Assembly (NCBI RefSeq): GCF_006345805.1
Contig: NC_043025.1
Coordinates: 9,734,001 to 9,798,000 of the forward strand
From: Octopus sinensis
Taxonomy: Eukaryota
Reading direction: 5' to 3'
Length of the DNA: 64,000 nt
Positions 1-12,021 of the stretch are shown one piece after another. Position 1 is the stretch's first letter; every line of letters starts with the position of its first letter. A program made the position numbers and the translations under genes. The notes under the pieces were generated by a model, which was not told the origin of the DNA, ran no database searches, and worked only from the letters and a program-made list of their open reading frames with translations.

Positions 1-224
1 CCTTTTGTTACTAACCCGGCCAAAACCGGCTCTGGCTCTGTGGTAAAATGTCTTGTTTTCATAGGTTTCGAATTAATATCTTCCACCAAACCTTAGTCAC
101 AATTTACGTTCCTAACACTAGCTTAATGATAACTAAGTTATTTTACTAAATTCTTTTGTTATATTTAAAGTAATTGAAAGAAACACAGAGCATCTCAAAA
201 TAAATACAGTAACGAAAGGGTTAA
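1..224. mobile_element. TTAA-flanked (piggyBac-like) MITE, right part; a related family lies at 35365-36047, 50833-52523 and 59200-59305
   Basis: Ends AAAGGG|TTAA; the same terminus recurs in the other copies. Confidence 0.5.
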
Positions 225-312
225 TGAGGCTGAGCAGTGTTTAAAAGAATTTATGATTGAAACTTTTTAAAATGGTATTATATGTTACAAAACAAATCAA
301 AATAGATGAACA

Positions 313-960
313 TCAATGGAATTTGTATCTTTGTGGTACCAGTGCCGGTGGCACACAAGAAAACCATCCGAACGTGGCCGTAGCCAGTACCGCATCGACT
401 GGCCTCCGTGCTGTGGGCACGTAACAAACACCATCCGATCGTGGCCGTTCGCCAGCCTCATCTGGCACCTGTGTCAGTGGCACATAAAAACAACCATCCG
501 AGCGTGGCCGTCTGCCAGCCTCGTCTGGCACCTGTGTCGGTGGCACATAAAAAAAAAAACCATCCGAGCGTGGCGTTCGCCAGCCTCGTCTGGCACCTGT
601 GTCGGTGGCACATAAAAACCACCATCCGAGCGTGGCCGTCTGCCAGCCTCGTCTGGCACCTGTGTCGGTGGCACATAAAAACACCATCCGAGCGTGGCCG
701 TCTGGCACCTGTGTCGGTGGCACATAAAAAACACCATCCGAGCGTGGCCGTTCGCCAGCCTCGTCTGGCACCTGTGTCGGTGGCACATAAAATCACCCAC
801 TACACTCTCGGAGTGGTTGGCGTTAGGAAGGGCATCCAGCTGTAGAAACACTGCCAGATCTGACTGGCCTGGTGCAGCCTTCGGGCTCCCCAGACCCCAG
901 TTGAACCGTCCAACCCATGCTAGCATGGAAAACAGACGCTAAATGATGATGATGATGTGA
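313..960 (+). mobile_element. Family A: short element sharing the RTE 3' tail, with internal about 56-bp tandem repeats. Other copies: 1425-2035(-), 3625-4010(-), 20805-21048(+), 25230-25580(-), 32750-33080(+), 38528-39140(-), 39790-40010(-), 49958-50240(-), 56505-56800(-), 57795-58285
   Basis: Shared GGTTGGCGTTAGGAAGGGCATCCAGCTGTAGAAAC...ACGCTAAATGATGATG tail, also ending the RTE LINE at 8960-9188. Confidence 0.8.
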
Positions 961-2280
961 TGAGCTGGCAGAATTGTTAGCATGCCAGGCGAAATGCTGA
1001 GTGACATTTCATCTGTCTTTACACCCTAACTTCAAATTCCGATGAGGTCGACTTTGCCCTTCATCCTTTAGGGGCTGATAAAAATAAGTACCAGTTGAGT
1101 AATCAATGAGGACTTATCCTCACCATTGAATTCGTTGGCCTTGTGCCAAAATTTGAAACCAAAATTGAATTACAGTTTCTTGAGTATTTCTGCTTCCTAG
1201 GTACTAGGTGAAATATGGCAGGACAACGTCTAAAGGAATATCCACTAATTCCAGGGGCACACAAATTAAAACTAAGAAGCTTGATGTTGCTTAACCTCAG
1301 GTCAGCTCTAAACAAGCAGACCTATAATGAAAGTGTATTAGCTATAATTGTTCCATCTGTTTTTAGACAAGGCATTCTAGGACTTCCTTTTCCAGTGCGT
1401 CCTTCCATTTATAGTTTGAAGCAAATCATTATCATTTAGCGTCTGCTTTCCATGCTGGCATGGGTTGGACGGTTCAACTGGGGTCTGGGAAACCAGAAGG
1501 CTGCACCAGGCCCAGTTTGATCTGGCAATGTTTCTACGGCTGGATGCCCTTCCTAACGCCAACCACTCCGAGAGTGTAGTGGGTGATTTTATGTGCCACC
1601 GACACAGGTGCCAGACGAGGCTGGCGAACGGCCACGATTGGATGGTGCTTTTTACGTGCCACCGGCACAGGTGCCAGACGAGGCTGGCAAAGGGCCAGAA
1701 TCGGATGGTGCTTTTTACGTGCCACCGGCACGGGGGCCAGGCGATGCTGGCAAACGGCTACGATCGGATGGTGCTTTTTACATGCCACCAGCACGGGGGC
1801 CAGGCGAGGCTGGCAAATGGCCAGAATCGGATGGTGCTTTTTACGTGCCACCGGCACGGGGGCCAGGCGAGGCTGGCAAATGGCCAGAATCGGATGGTGC
1901 TTTTTACGTGCCACCGGCACGGGGCCCAGGCGAGGCTGGCAAACGGTCACGATCAGATGGTGCTTTTTACGTGCCACTGGTACGGAGGCCCATTGGGGGC
2001 GGCGCTGGCAACGGCCACGTTATGTTGCTATTTCCAGCAGTTGAATTGAATACACAAAAATGCCCATAAGAGACAAGAGCTGAGTGTATTGCAGTGCAAT
2101 CTATCAATAATGAAATTGCATGAATATTGGCCACAGTACACAGTAAACAGAAAGCCCATATCATAAAAAGGGAACAGTTGAAATTGTCACCCTTGGTTAG
2201 GAACACCACTGATCACAGTTTGTCTTCTTGCATTGAAGGTTATTGTGGTGTGATGGTGAAGGAGTGTGACGGAATGGGGG

Positions 2281-2360
2281 GGAGCGGAAGTGGGGCTTGC
2301 AGGTCTTGCAGGGCGCATGCGCCGGCGGAAGCGGAAGTGACAGACAGAACGCACGTGCGG
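2281..2360 (+). promoter_or_regulatory. CpG-rich housekeeping-type promoter (NRF1 + tandem ETS/GABP + E-box)
   Basis: GCGCATGCGC at 2313-2322, CGGAAGTG at 2285-2292 and 2332-2339, CGGAAG at 2326-2331, CACGTG at 2352-2357, in an otherwise CpG-poor window. Confidence 0.75.
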
Positions 2361-2452
2361 CATTGACCAGTTGCGCCAGACACGACGAAGACACCAAGAA
2401 GACGGGACGCGAGCGAGTTGGCTAAAGGCGATCCGAGTTCATCTCCGGCCAG
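2340..2452 (+). other. Probable non-coding first exon of an unidentified plus-strand gene
   Basis: Follows the promoter cluster and ends at a strong donor CAG|GTAAGA (2452/2453); start approximate. Confidence 0.6.
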
Positions 2453-2929
2453 GTAAGACCCAATTACATTTCCATTCCTTTCCTTGTTCTGTTGTACTCT
2501 TTTCACCATTCATACTACAGTTATTGAAACATTTGTCACAGACTGTTTTAGCTGCTTACAATAAACGGAATGTAACTCTACATAGATTCTAATAATATTA
2601 GATTTTAGGTCTTGGCCATCTGAATGGTTTACCCAGCTGCTGATTTCAGCACTATGCTACAAATGTTTAATACTGTAAAGAAAATATTAATGTGGCTGTT
2701 TATTTAAATGTCTTATTCTGTTTTAACAAAGCAATGTTCCAGACATACTCCAGCCTCGGTATATGTTATTTCATGACATAAATAGATCATTTTCGTCTTT
2801 TTTACTTTTTAACTCAAAAAGTAAAAGACCCCCAAAATATCAAGAATTTATAAATCGAGACCTGTCAAATGAAAAGTTGTCAAATATTTAAAGTACCAGG
2901 ATTAAGAAACAGAAGCATAACACATATAA

Positions 2930-3442
2930 TCTATATATATAAAACTGTAGTTGTGTGAGTGTCTGTCCCCTTCGATTTAGATTCCTAACTACTCCCACAT
3001 TTTGCGGTGCAGTTTAACCAAATTCGGGTATCTTATAGTCGTGATTAATATCGAGCCCGTCTGGCTATTAGCGCACATCTACGATGAGTCTACGATTTTA
3101 AAAATAATTTAACATCATTTTTTATTCCATTTTAATGCATAATTTTTCGTGTGTCGATGGCGGCGGAGTTGGCGTCCATGGTCACACCTGCACCTGTTTG
3201 CTTCTCCCCCTTCTTCCCTCCCTCGTGAAGCTGTGGGGAAGGGAGTGTAAGGAAATCAACGTCGTAATGCGTTGTCAAGGAGACCAGCGTTCTTTTAGAA
3301 CAACGACTTCATGGCTTGAAGACACCAAAACAGAAATGGCTAAGAAAGCCCGAATTGGCATCTATAAGGGAAGTAACTCTCTAAAAATGCTTATATAGTT
3401 ATTTCCCTTACAAACCCGAGCAACGCCAGGCGATACTGCTAG
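2930..3442 (+). mobile_element. Non-autonomous Helitron
   Basis: A|TCTATATATATAAAA start, subterminal CCCGAGCAACGCCAGG hairpin-like motif, CTAG|T end, no TSD. Confidence 0.75.
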
Positions 3443-4061
3443 TATAAAATAAAGCTTCTGCATTCCTCCTCAAAGTATAATACCAAGCAAAAGTATGTAT
3501 GTTTATATGAATTACTTACATGTCTATTTAAAGGATAAAAAAGAAAAAGAAAAAGGAGAAACTCAATTTTTTTTCCTGAAATGGCTGTGTAACAAATTGG
3601 GTATGCATTTGTACAGTTAGTCATCATCATCATCATCATCATCGTTTAGCATCCGTTTTCCATGCTAGCATGGGTTGGACGGTTCTACTGGGGTCTGTGA
3701 AGCCAGAAGGCTTCATCAGGCTTTGTCTGATCTGGCAGTGTTTCTACAGCTGGATACCCTTCCTAACGCCAACCACTCCGCGAGTGTAGCGGGTGCTTTT
3801 TACGTGCCACCCGCACAGGTGCCAGACAGAGCTGGCAAACGGCCACGAACGGATGGTGCTTTTTATGTGCCACCGGCACGAGGGCCAGGCAAGGCTGGCA
3901 ACGGACACGAAACGGGGCGGTGCTGAAAACGGTCGCGAAACGGAAGGTTATCTTACATGCCACCGGCACTGGTAACACATCTGCAATTTCCATTGATCGA
4001 TTTCGATTCTGATAAATGAACTTCCCACTGATTTTAATGCATAACCCATTTGTTCAATCAG

Positions 4062-4089
4062 CCGAGCTATCTACTCATTGCCCTAAATG
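4062..4089 (+). other. Candidate 28-nt exon ending in ATG
   Basis: CTGAT branch-like motif, TTTGTTCAATCAG acceptor, AATG|GTAAGC donor. Confidence 0.35.
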
Positions 4090-4123
4090 GTAAGCAGTTG
4101 AGTATTCTACAGACAGATGGATC

Positions 4124-5230
4124 CTCAGCACAATCCCCAGGCCAGACTTAACAGAGTGTGGTACTGTGTGTGAAATAGTCAAACCTTCGACATTTAACAA
4201 ACACAAGTACCCTTAGCACACCCCCAGGTCAGACTGAGCAGAGTGTGGCACTGTGTATAAAATAGCTGAACCTTAAACAAACTTATGTACCCTTAGCACA
4301 AGCCCGAGGCTAGACTGAGCAGAGTGTGGCACCGTGTATAAAATAACTGAACCTTAAACAAACTTATGTACCCTTAGCACAAGCCCGAGGCTAGACTGAG
4401 CAGAGTGTGGCACCGTGTATAAAATAGCTGAACCTTAAACAAACTTATGTACCCTTAGCACAAGCCCGAGGCTAGACTGAGCAGAGTGTGGCACTGTGTA
4501 TAAAATAGCTGAACCTTAAACAAACTTATGTACCCTAGCACAAGCCCGAGGCTAGACTGAGCAGAGTGTGGCATGTGTATAAAATAGCTGAACCTTAACA
4601 AACTTATGTACCCTTAGCACAAGCCCGAGGCTAGACTGAGCAGAGTGTGGCACTGTGTATAAAATAGCTGAACCTTAAACAAACTTATGTACCCTTAGCA
4701 CAAGCCCGAGGCTAGACTGAGCAGAGTGTGGCACCGTGTATAAAATAGCTGAACCTTAAACAAACTTATGTACCCTTAGCACAAGCCCGAGGCTAGACTG
4801 AGCAGAGTGTGGCATGTGTATAAAATAGCTGAACCTTAAACAAACTTATGTACCCTTAGCACAAGACCGAGGCTAGACTGAGCAGAGTGTGGCACTGTGT
4901 ATAAAATAGCTGAACCTTAAACAAACTTATGTACCCTTAGCACAAGCCCGAGGCTAGACTGAGCAGAGTGTGGCACCGTGTATAAAATAGCTGAACCTTA
5001 AACAAACTTATGTACCCTTAGCACAAGCCCGAGGCTAGACTGAGCAGAGTGTGGCACTGTATAAAATAGCTGAACCTTAAACAAACTTATGTACTTTAGC
5101 ACACCCCCAGGTCAGACTGAGCAGAGTGTGGCACTGTGTATAAAATAGCTGAACCTTAAACAAACTTATGTACCCTTAGCACAAGCCCGAGGCTAGACTG
5201 AGCAGGGTGTGATACTGTATGAAATAGCTG
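4124..5230. repeat. 81-bp minisatellite, about 13 copies
   Basis: Period 81 (e.g. 4275 and 4356); stops in all six frames. Confidence 0.95.
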
Positions 5231-5679
5231 GACCATCAAATCACAGATTAAATGACTGACTATTCCACATATATTTCTATCTTTAATCTAATTCTCTGGC
5301 AGAATCGGCGTAATGTAGTGTGTAACAAACGTGGCTCTTTAAATTCAAAGTACAGCCCATCAAATAAGCTTCCTCAGAATTTCTGTATAACCAAATTCGG
5401 TCAGACACTTTGGAAGTTATCTGCACTGATAACTGTTATTGAAATATAGATACAAGAATGAAATTTTCTTAGAGCATGAAAACCCAGGACCAACCCAGGA
5501 TGGTCAAAGCATTTTCATTACCTCAATGCCTCCAAATTTTAAGGGGTGCAAGCATTCCCCCTGCACACAAAGTTCCCAAGGCTATGAGTAAGACTGGACT
5601 TAGAACCTCATGATTATGAAGAGAAACACTTAACCATTTAGCAAAGCCTACATACATAAAATGTTAATATATTGTATTC

Positions 5680-6235
5680 ATGTGGAAGCACTCCGTCGTT
5701 ACGACGATGAGGGTTCCGGTTGATTCCGATCAACGGAACAGCCTGCTCGTGAATTAACGTGTAAGTGGCTGAGCAGCTCCCACGACACGTGCACCCTTAA
5801 CGTAGTTCTCGGGATATTAGCGTTACACAGAGAGTGACAAGACCGGCCCTTTGAATACAGGTACAACAGAAACAGGAAGTAAGAGTGGAGAAAAGTTGTG
5901 GTGAAAGAGTACAGAGGGATCACCACCATCCCCTGCCGGAGCCTCATAGAGCTTTACGTGTACCCTTAACGTAGTTCTCGGGGATATTCAGTGTGACACA
6001 GAGAGTGACAAGGCGGCCTTTGAAATACAGGTACAACAGAAACAGGAAGTAAGAGTGAGAGAAAGTTGTGGTGAAAGAGTACAGCCAGGGATCACCACCA
6101 TCCCCTGCCAGAGCCTCGTGGAGCTTTTAGGTGTTTTCGCTCAATAAACACTCACAACGCCCGGTCTGGGAATCGAAACCGCAATCCTATGACCGCGAGT
6201 CCGCTACCCTAACCACTGGGCCATTGCACCTCCAC
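5680..6235 (-). mobile_element. Family D tRNA-derived SINE with internal duplication; also 43010-43210(-), 54313-54620(+)
   Basis: Head TGGCCCAGTGG...GGTTTCGATTCC. Confidence 0.75.
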
Positions 6236-6370
6236 ATATTGTATTAAGTAAAGTATAAAGAAGTATGTTGTTAAGTAATGAAAATTATATTTATCAGATA
6301 TATCCGTTAATGCAGATGACTAAATTTTATAAGACTGTATTATAAGATTGTAAGACTATATATATATATA

Positions 6371-7698
6371 TTTCTTTACTGCCCACAAGGGGCTAAACAT
6401 AGAGGGGACAAACAAGGACAGACAAAGGGATTAAGTTGATTACATCAACCCCAGTGCATAACTGGTACTTAATTTATCGACCCCGAAAGGATGAAAGGCA
6501 AAGTCGACCTCGGCGGAATTTGAACTCATAACGTAGCGGCAGACGAAATAACCTATTTCTTTACTACCCACAAGGGGCTAAACACAGAGGGAACAAACAA
6601 GGACAGACAAACGGATTAAGTTGATTACATCAACCCCAGTGCATAACTGGTACTTAATTTATCGACCCCGAAAGGATGAAAGGCAAAGTCGACCTCGGCG
6701 GAATTTGAACTCGTAACGTAGCGGCAGACGAAATAACCTATTTCTTTACTACCCACAAGGGGCTAAACACAGAGGGGACAAACAAGGACAGACAAAGGGA
6801 TTAAGTTGATTACATCAACCCCAGTGCATAACTGGTACTTAATTTATCGACCCCGAAAGGATGAAAGGCAAAGTCGACCTCGGCGGAATTTGAACTCGTA
6901 ACGTAGCGGCAGACGAAATAACCTATTTCTTTACTACCCACAAGGGGCTAAACACAGAGGGGACAAACAAGGACAGACAAACGGATTAAGTTGATTACAT
7001 CAACCCCAGTGCGTAACTGGTACTTAATTTATCGACCCCGAAAGGATGAAAGGCAAAGTCGACCTCGGTGGAATTTGAACTCAGAACGTAGCGGCAGACG
7101 AAATACCTATTTCTTTACTACCCACAAGGGGCTAAACACAGAGGGAACAAACAAGGACAGACAAACGGATTAAGTTGATTACATCAACCCCAGTGCGTAA
7201 CTGGTACTTAATTTATCGACCCCGAAAGGATGAAAGGCAAAGTCGACCTCGGCGGAATTTGAACTCGTAACGTCGCTGACGAAATAACCTATTTGTTTAC
7301 TACCCACAAGGGGCTAACACAGAGGGGGCAAACAAGGCCAGACAAACGGATAAGTTGATTACATCAACCCCATGTGTAACTGGTACTTAATTTATCGACC
7401 GAAGGATGAAAGGCAAAGTCGACCTCGGCGGAATTTGAACTCGTAACGTAGCGGCAGACGAAATAACCTATTTCTTTACTACCCACAAGGGGCTAAACAC
7501 AGAAGGGACAAACAAGGACAGACAAACGGATTAAGTTGATTACATCAACCCCAGTGCGTAACTGGTACTTAATTTATCAACCCCGAAAGGATGAAAGGCA
7601 AAGTCGACCTCGGCGGAATTTGAACTCAGAACGTAACGACAGACGAAATACCGCTAAGCATTTCGCCCAGCGTGCTAACGCTTCTGCCAGTTCGCCGC
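6371..7698 (-). mobile_element. Family B tRNA-derived SINE amplified as about 7 tandem 185-bp units. Other copies: 24146-24362(+), 33085-33310(-), 33790-34012(-), 50624-50835(+), 55155-55382(-), 57295-57702(+)
   Basis: Head GGCGGCGAGCTGGCAGAAACG...GAGTTCAAATTCC (A/B boxes), body GTCGACTTTGCCTTTCATCC. Confidence 0.85.
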
Positions 7699-9188
7699 GT
7701 AGTCCTCCAGGCAATTACGGAGGAATTCAAGACAGGTTGCCCCTGGGAGCTCCTCTATGCTGACGACCTTGCTCTAATTGCTGAGTCACTATCAGAACTG
7801 GAGGAGAAGTTCCAGGTGTGGAAGGAGGGTTTAGATCGAGGGCCTAGAGTCAACCTAGCTAAAAACCAAAGTACTAATAAGTATGAAGGTAGACAATCCA
7901 CAAATGTCTTCAGGAAGATGGCCCTGCTCGATCTGTAGAAAAGGTGTAGGTAGAAACTCTATAAGATGTACCCAGTGTAAGCTATGGACACATAAGAGGT
8001 GCAGCAATGTCAAAGGTAGGCTAACTGGGAAGATAGTTTTTGTATGTGGCAGATGCTCGGGAGCATTAACCTCCGAAAATCTGCAGAAAACAACTTCCGT
8101 CACTTTCCAGGGGGAAAAACTAGAAGTAGTTGATAGCTTCCGTTATCTTGGTGACCAAGTCAGTAGTGGGGGTGGGTGTGCTGAAAGTGTAACGGCTAGA
8201 ATAAGAATAGCCTGGGCAAAGTTTAGAGAGCTCTTACCCCTACTGGTGACTAAAGGCCTCTCGCTCAGAGTAAAAGGCAGACTGTATGATGCATATGTAC
8301 GAACAGCCATGCTACATGGCAGTGAAACATGGGCCGTGACTGCTGAGGACATGCGTAAGCTCGTGAGGAATGAAGCCAGTATGCTCCGATGGATGTGTAA
8401 TGTCAGTGTACATACTCGACAGAGCGTTAGTACCTTGAAAGAAATGTTGTACCTAAGAAGCATCAGTTGTGGTGTGCAAGAGAGACGATTGCGCTGGTAT
8501 GGTCATGTGGCGAGAATGGATGAAGATAGGTGTGTGAGAAAGTGCCAATCCCTAGCAGTTGAGGGAACCCGTGGAAGAGGTAGACCCAGGAAAACCTGGG
8601 ACAAGGTGGTGAAGCACGACCCTTCGAACTTTAGGCCTCACTGAGGAAATGACCTGCGACCGAGACTTTGGAAAATATTCTGTACGTGAGAAGACCAGCA
8701 GGACAAGTGAGCCCAGCCACTTATGAATGCCTTTCCTCCCTGGACACAAAGACCTGTTGAGGCAAGCAAAGTCGATATAGAACCTCATCCGACGACAGGC
8801 ACCCATGCCAACCCCCTTTGCTTGCGAAGACATGTTGGGCAATCGAAATCGAATTGAACCAGCCAGGACCCCCTGTCTGGTGGTACTAAAAGCACTATCC
8901 GACTCGTGGCTGATGCCAACGCGCCGCCTCGACTGGCTTCCGTGCCGGTGACACGTAAATTACACCAATCCGACCGTGGCCGTTGCCAGCCTCCCTGGCA
9001 CCTGTGCAGTTGGCACGTAAAAGCACCCACTACACTCACGGAGTGGTTGCGTTAGGAACGGCATCCAGCTGTAGAAACATTGCCAGATAAGACTGGAGCC
9101 TGGTGCGCCTTCTCGCTTCCCACACACCGTTGAACCATCCAAAGCATGCTAGCATGGAAAGCGGACGTTAAACGATGATGATGATGAT
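7699..9188 (+). mobile_element. 5'-truncated RTE-clade LINE (RT C-half with inserted PHD finger, 3'UTR, (ATG)n tail)
   Basis: LLYADD, FRYLG, LHGSETW, RLRWYGHV, GRGRPRKTW motifs; frameshift near 7840-7880; ends GGACGTTAAACGATGATGATG. Confidence 0.9.
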
Positions 9189-9284
9189 GTGTGTGTGTAT
9201 ATATATATATATACATTGTGTGTGTGTGTGTGTATATGTATATGTATATATGTATATATATGTGTATATATATATATATTAATA

Positions 9285-9618
9285 TAAAGGACCCCCCTTT
9301 GGTCATGAATGACCATGGGATTGCACCTAGAAAGTTACCCTCCTAGACACAAGTCCGGCAAGGTTTTTTATGGAAGCCAGCAGTCGCCCATGCATAACAG
9401 CCTCCCCTCTCCACGCCACCAGGTTATCCAAGGGAAAGACAAAGTCGATACAGCTGGCACCAGTGACATCGCAACTCATTTCTACAGCTGAGTGAAATGG
9501 AGCAACGTGAAATAAAGTGCCTTGCTCAAGAACACAACATGCAGCCCGGTCCGGGATTCGAGCTCACAACCTCACGATCGTAAGCTCGACGCTCTACCAC
9601 TGAGCCATGCGCCTTCAC
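9285..9618 (-). mobile_element. Family E tRNA-derived CORE-like SINE; also 59390-59530 and 59935-60066
   Basis: Head TGGCTCAGTGG...CTCGAATCC followed by TTCTTGAGCAAGGCACTT. Confidence 0.7.
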
Positions 9619-9637
9619 TATATATATGTATATATAT

Positions 9638-9668
<31 letters not shown>

Positions 9669-9769
9669 TGTTATTATATATGTTATATATATATGTTACA
9701 GTGTATATATGTATACGTGTATTATATGTATACGTGTATATATATATATGTATACGTACTGTACGTGTG

Positions 9770-9803
<34 letters not shown>

Positions 9804-10204
9804 GTAGGTGCAGAAGTGGCTGTGTGGTAGTAGTAGTTGTTTTACCAACCACATGGTTCCGGGTTCAGTCCCACTGCGTGGCATCTTGGGCAAGTGTCTT
9901 CTGCTTAGCCCCGGCCGACCAATGCCTTGTGAGTGGATTTGGTAGAGGGAACTGAAAGAAGCCTGTCGTATATATGTAATATTATGTATATGTATGTTTG
10001 TGTGTCTGGTGTTTGTCCCCCCCACATCGCTTGACAACCGATGCTGGGTGTTTATGTCCCCGTCACTTAGCAGTTCGGCAAAAGAGACCGATTAATAAAT
10101 ACTGGGCTTACAAAGAATAAGTCCGGAGTCGAGTTGCTCGACTAAAGTGGTGCTCCTGCATGGCCACAGTCAAATGACTGAAACAAGTAAAAGAGGAAGT
10201 GTAT

Positions 10205-10245
<41 letters not shown>

Positions 10246-10579
10246 ATATATATATGGTTTATATATATATGTATAAATATTGTATATATATATATATATA
10301 AATATGTATATATAAATATGTATATATATATATATACACGCACATATATATATACACACATATACTCTTTTACTTGTTTCAGTCATTTGACTGTGGCCAT
10401 GCAGGAGCACCACCTTTAATTGAGCAACTCGATCCCGGGACTTATTCTTTTTGTAAGCCCAGTACTTATTCTGTGGGTCTCTATTGCCAAACCGCAAAGT
10501 AACGGGGACATAAACGCACCAGCATCAGTTGCCAAGCAATGCTAGGGGACAAACACAGACACACAAACACACACACGCA

Positions 10580-11989
10580 TATATATATATATATATATCA
10601 CACACACACAAACATACATATAAATATAATATAATATATAATATAATATATAATATATAATATATAATATAATATATAATTAATATATATATACATAAAT
10701 TATAAGTAATTATATATATATATATATAATATAATATATATATAATATAATATTAACATAATACATATAATATATAATATATATATAATATAATATATAA
10801 TATAATATATATATAATATATATATATAATAAATATAATATGATATATATATAATATAATATATAATATATATGTAATATGATATATAATATAATATATA
10901 ATATAATAATATATATAACCTAATATAAAATATAATATATAATATATATATACATAATATATATAATTAATATTAATATAATATATATATAATATTATAT
11001 AATATATATATAATATATAATTATATATTATAATAATAAAATATATATATTATAATATATATATTTATAATATATATATAATATTATATAATATATATAT
11101 AATATAATATATAATATAATATATATATATACTATTAAATTATATATAATAATATATTATATATAATATATATATAATATATATATAATATAATATAATA
11201 TATATATAATATAATAATAATAATATATAATATAATATCTATATAATATATATATATATATATATAATATAATATAATATATATATATAATTAATATATA
11301 TATCATATAATATATAAATAATATATAATATAATATATTATATATAATATATGGAAATATGATAATATATAATATAATATATATATAATATCTAATAATA
11401 ATATAATATATAATATATATATTATATTAATCTATACAATATTATATATAATATCTATATAATATATATGATATATATATATAAATAATATATAACATAA
11501 TATATCATTAATATATATATAATATAAATATATAATATAATATAATCTAATATAAATATATATATAATATGACTATTATTATCGATAATTATATAATATA
11601 ATATATATATAATATGATATAATATAATATATTATGATTAATATAATATATATATAATATATAATATAATATATATATAATATATAATATAATATAAATA
11701 TAATATATACTATATCTATAAATATATAATATAATATATATTAATTAATATATATAACATAATTAAAATATAATATATATAAATATATATTAATATAATA
11801 ATATAATATAATATAATATATAATATAATATATATAATATATATAAATATATAATATATATAAATATAATATATATAATATAATATATATATAATATATA
11901 TTATATATATTATATAATATGATAATATATATATAATATATATATAATATAATATAATATATATATATAATATAATATATATATAATAT

Positions 11990-12021
<32 letters not shown>

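Noticed and set aside
1103-1439. Short ORFs in unique sequence (1103-1315 minus, 1215-1439 plus)
   Set aside because: No recognisable domain and no convincing acceptor/donor pair linking them to other exons.
313-2069. ORFs such as MPPTQVPDEAGERPRSDG (recurring across the window)
   Set aside because: Translations of the family-A internal 56-bp repeats; open in several frames on both strands.
4124-5230. CRISPR-like regular repeats (also the 52-bp and 14-16 kb arrays)
   Set aside because: No unique spacers, eukaryotic context, no cas genes.
9545-9618. tRNA genes (also 16560-16640, 54313-54390)
   Set aside because: A/B boxes are present but acceptor and anticodon stems do not pair and the sequence continues into SINE bodies; these are SINE heads.
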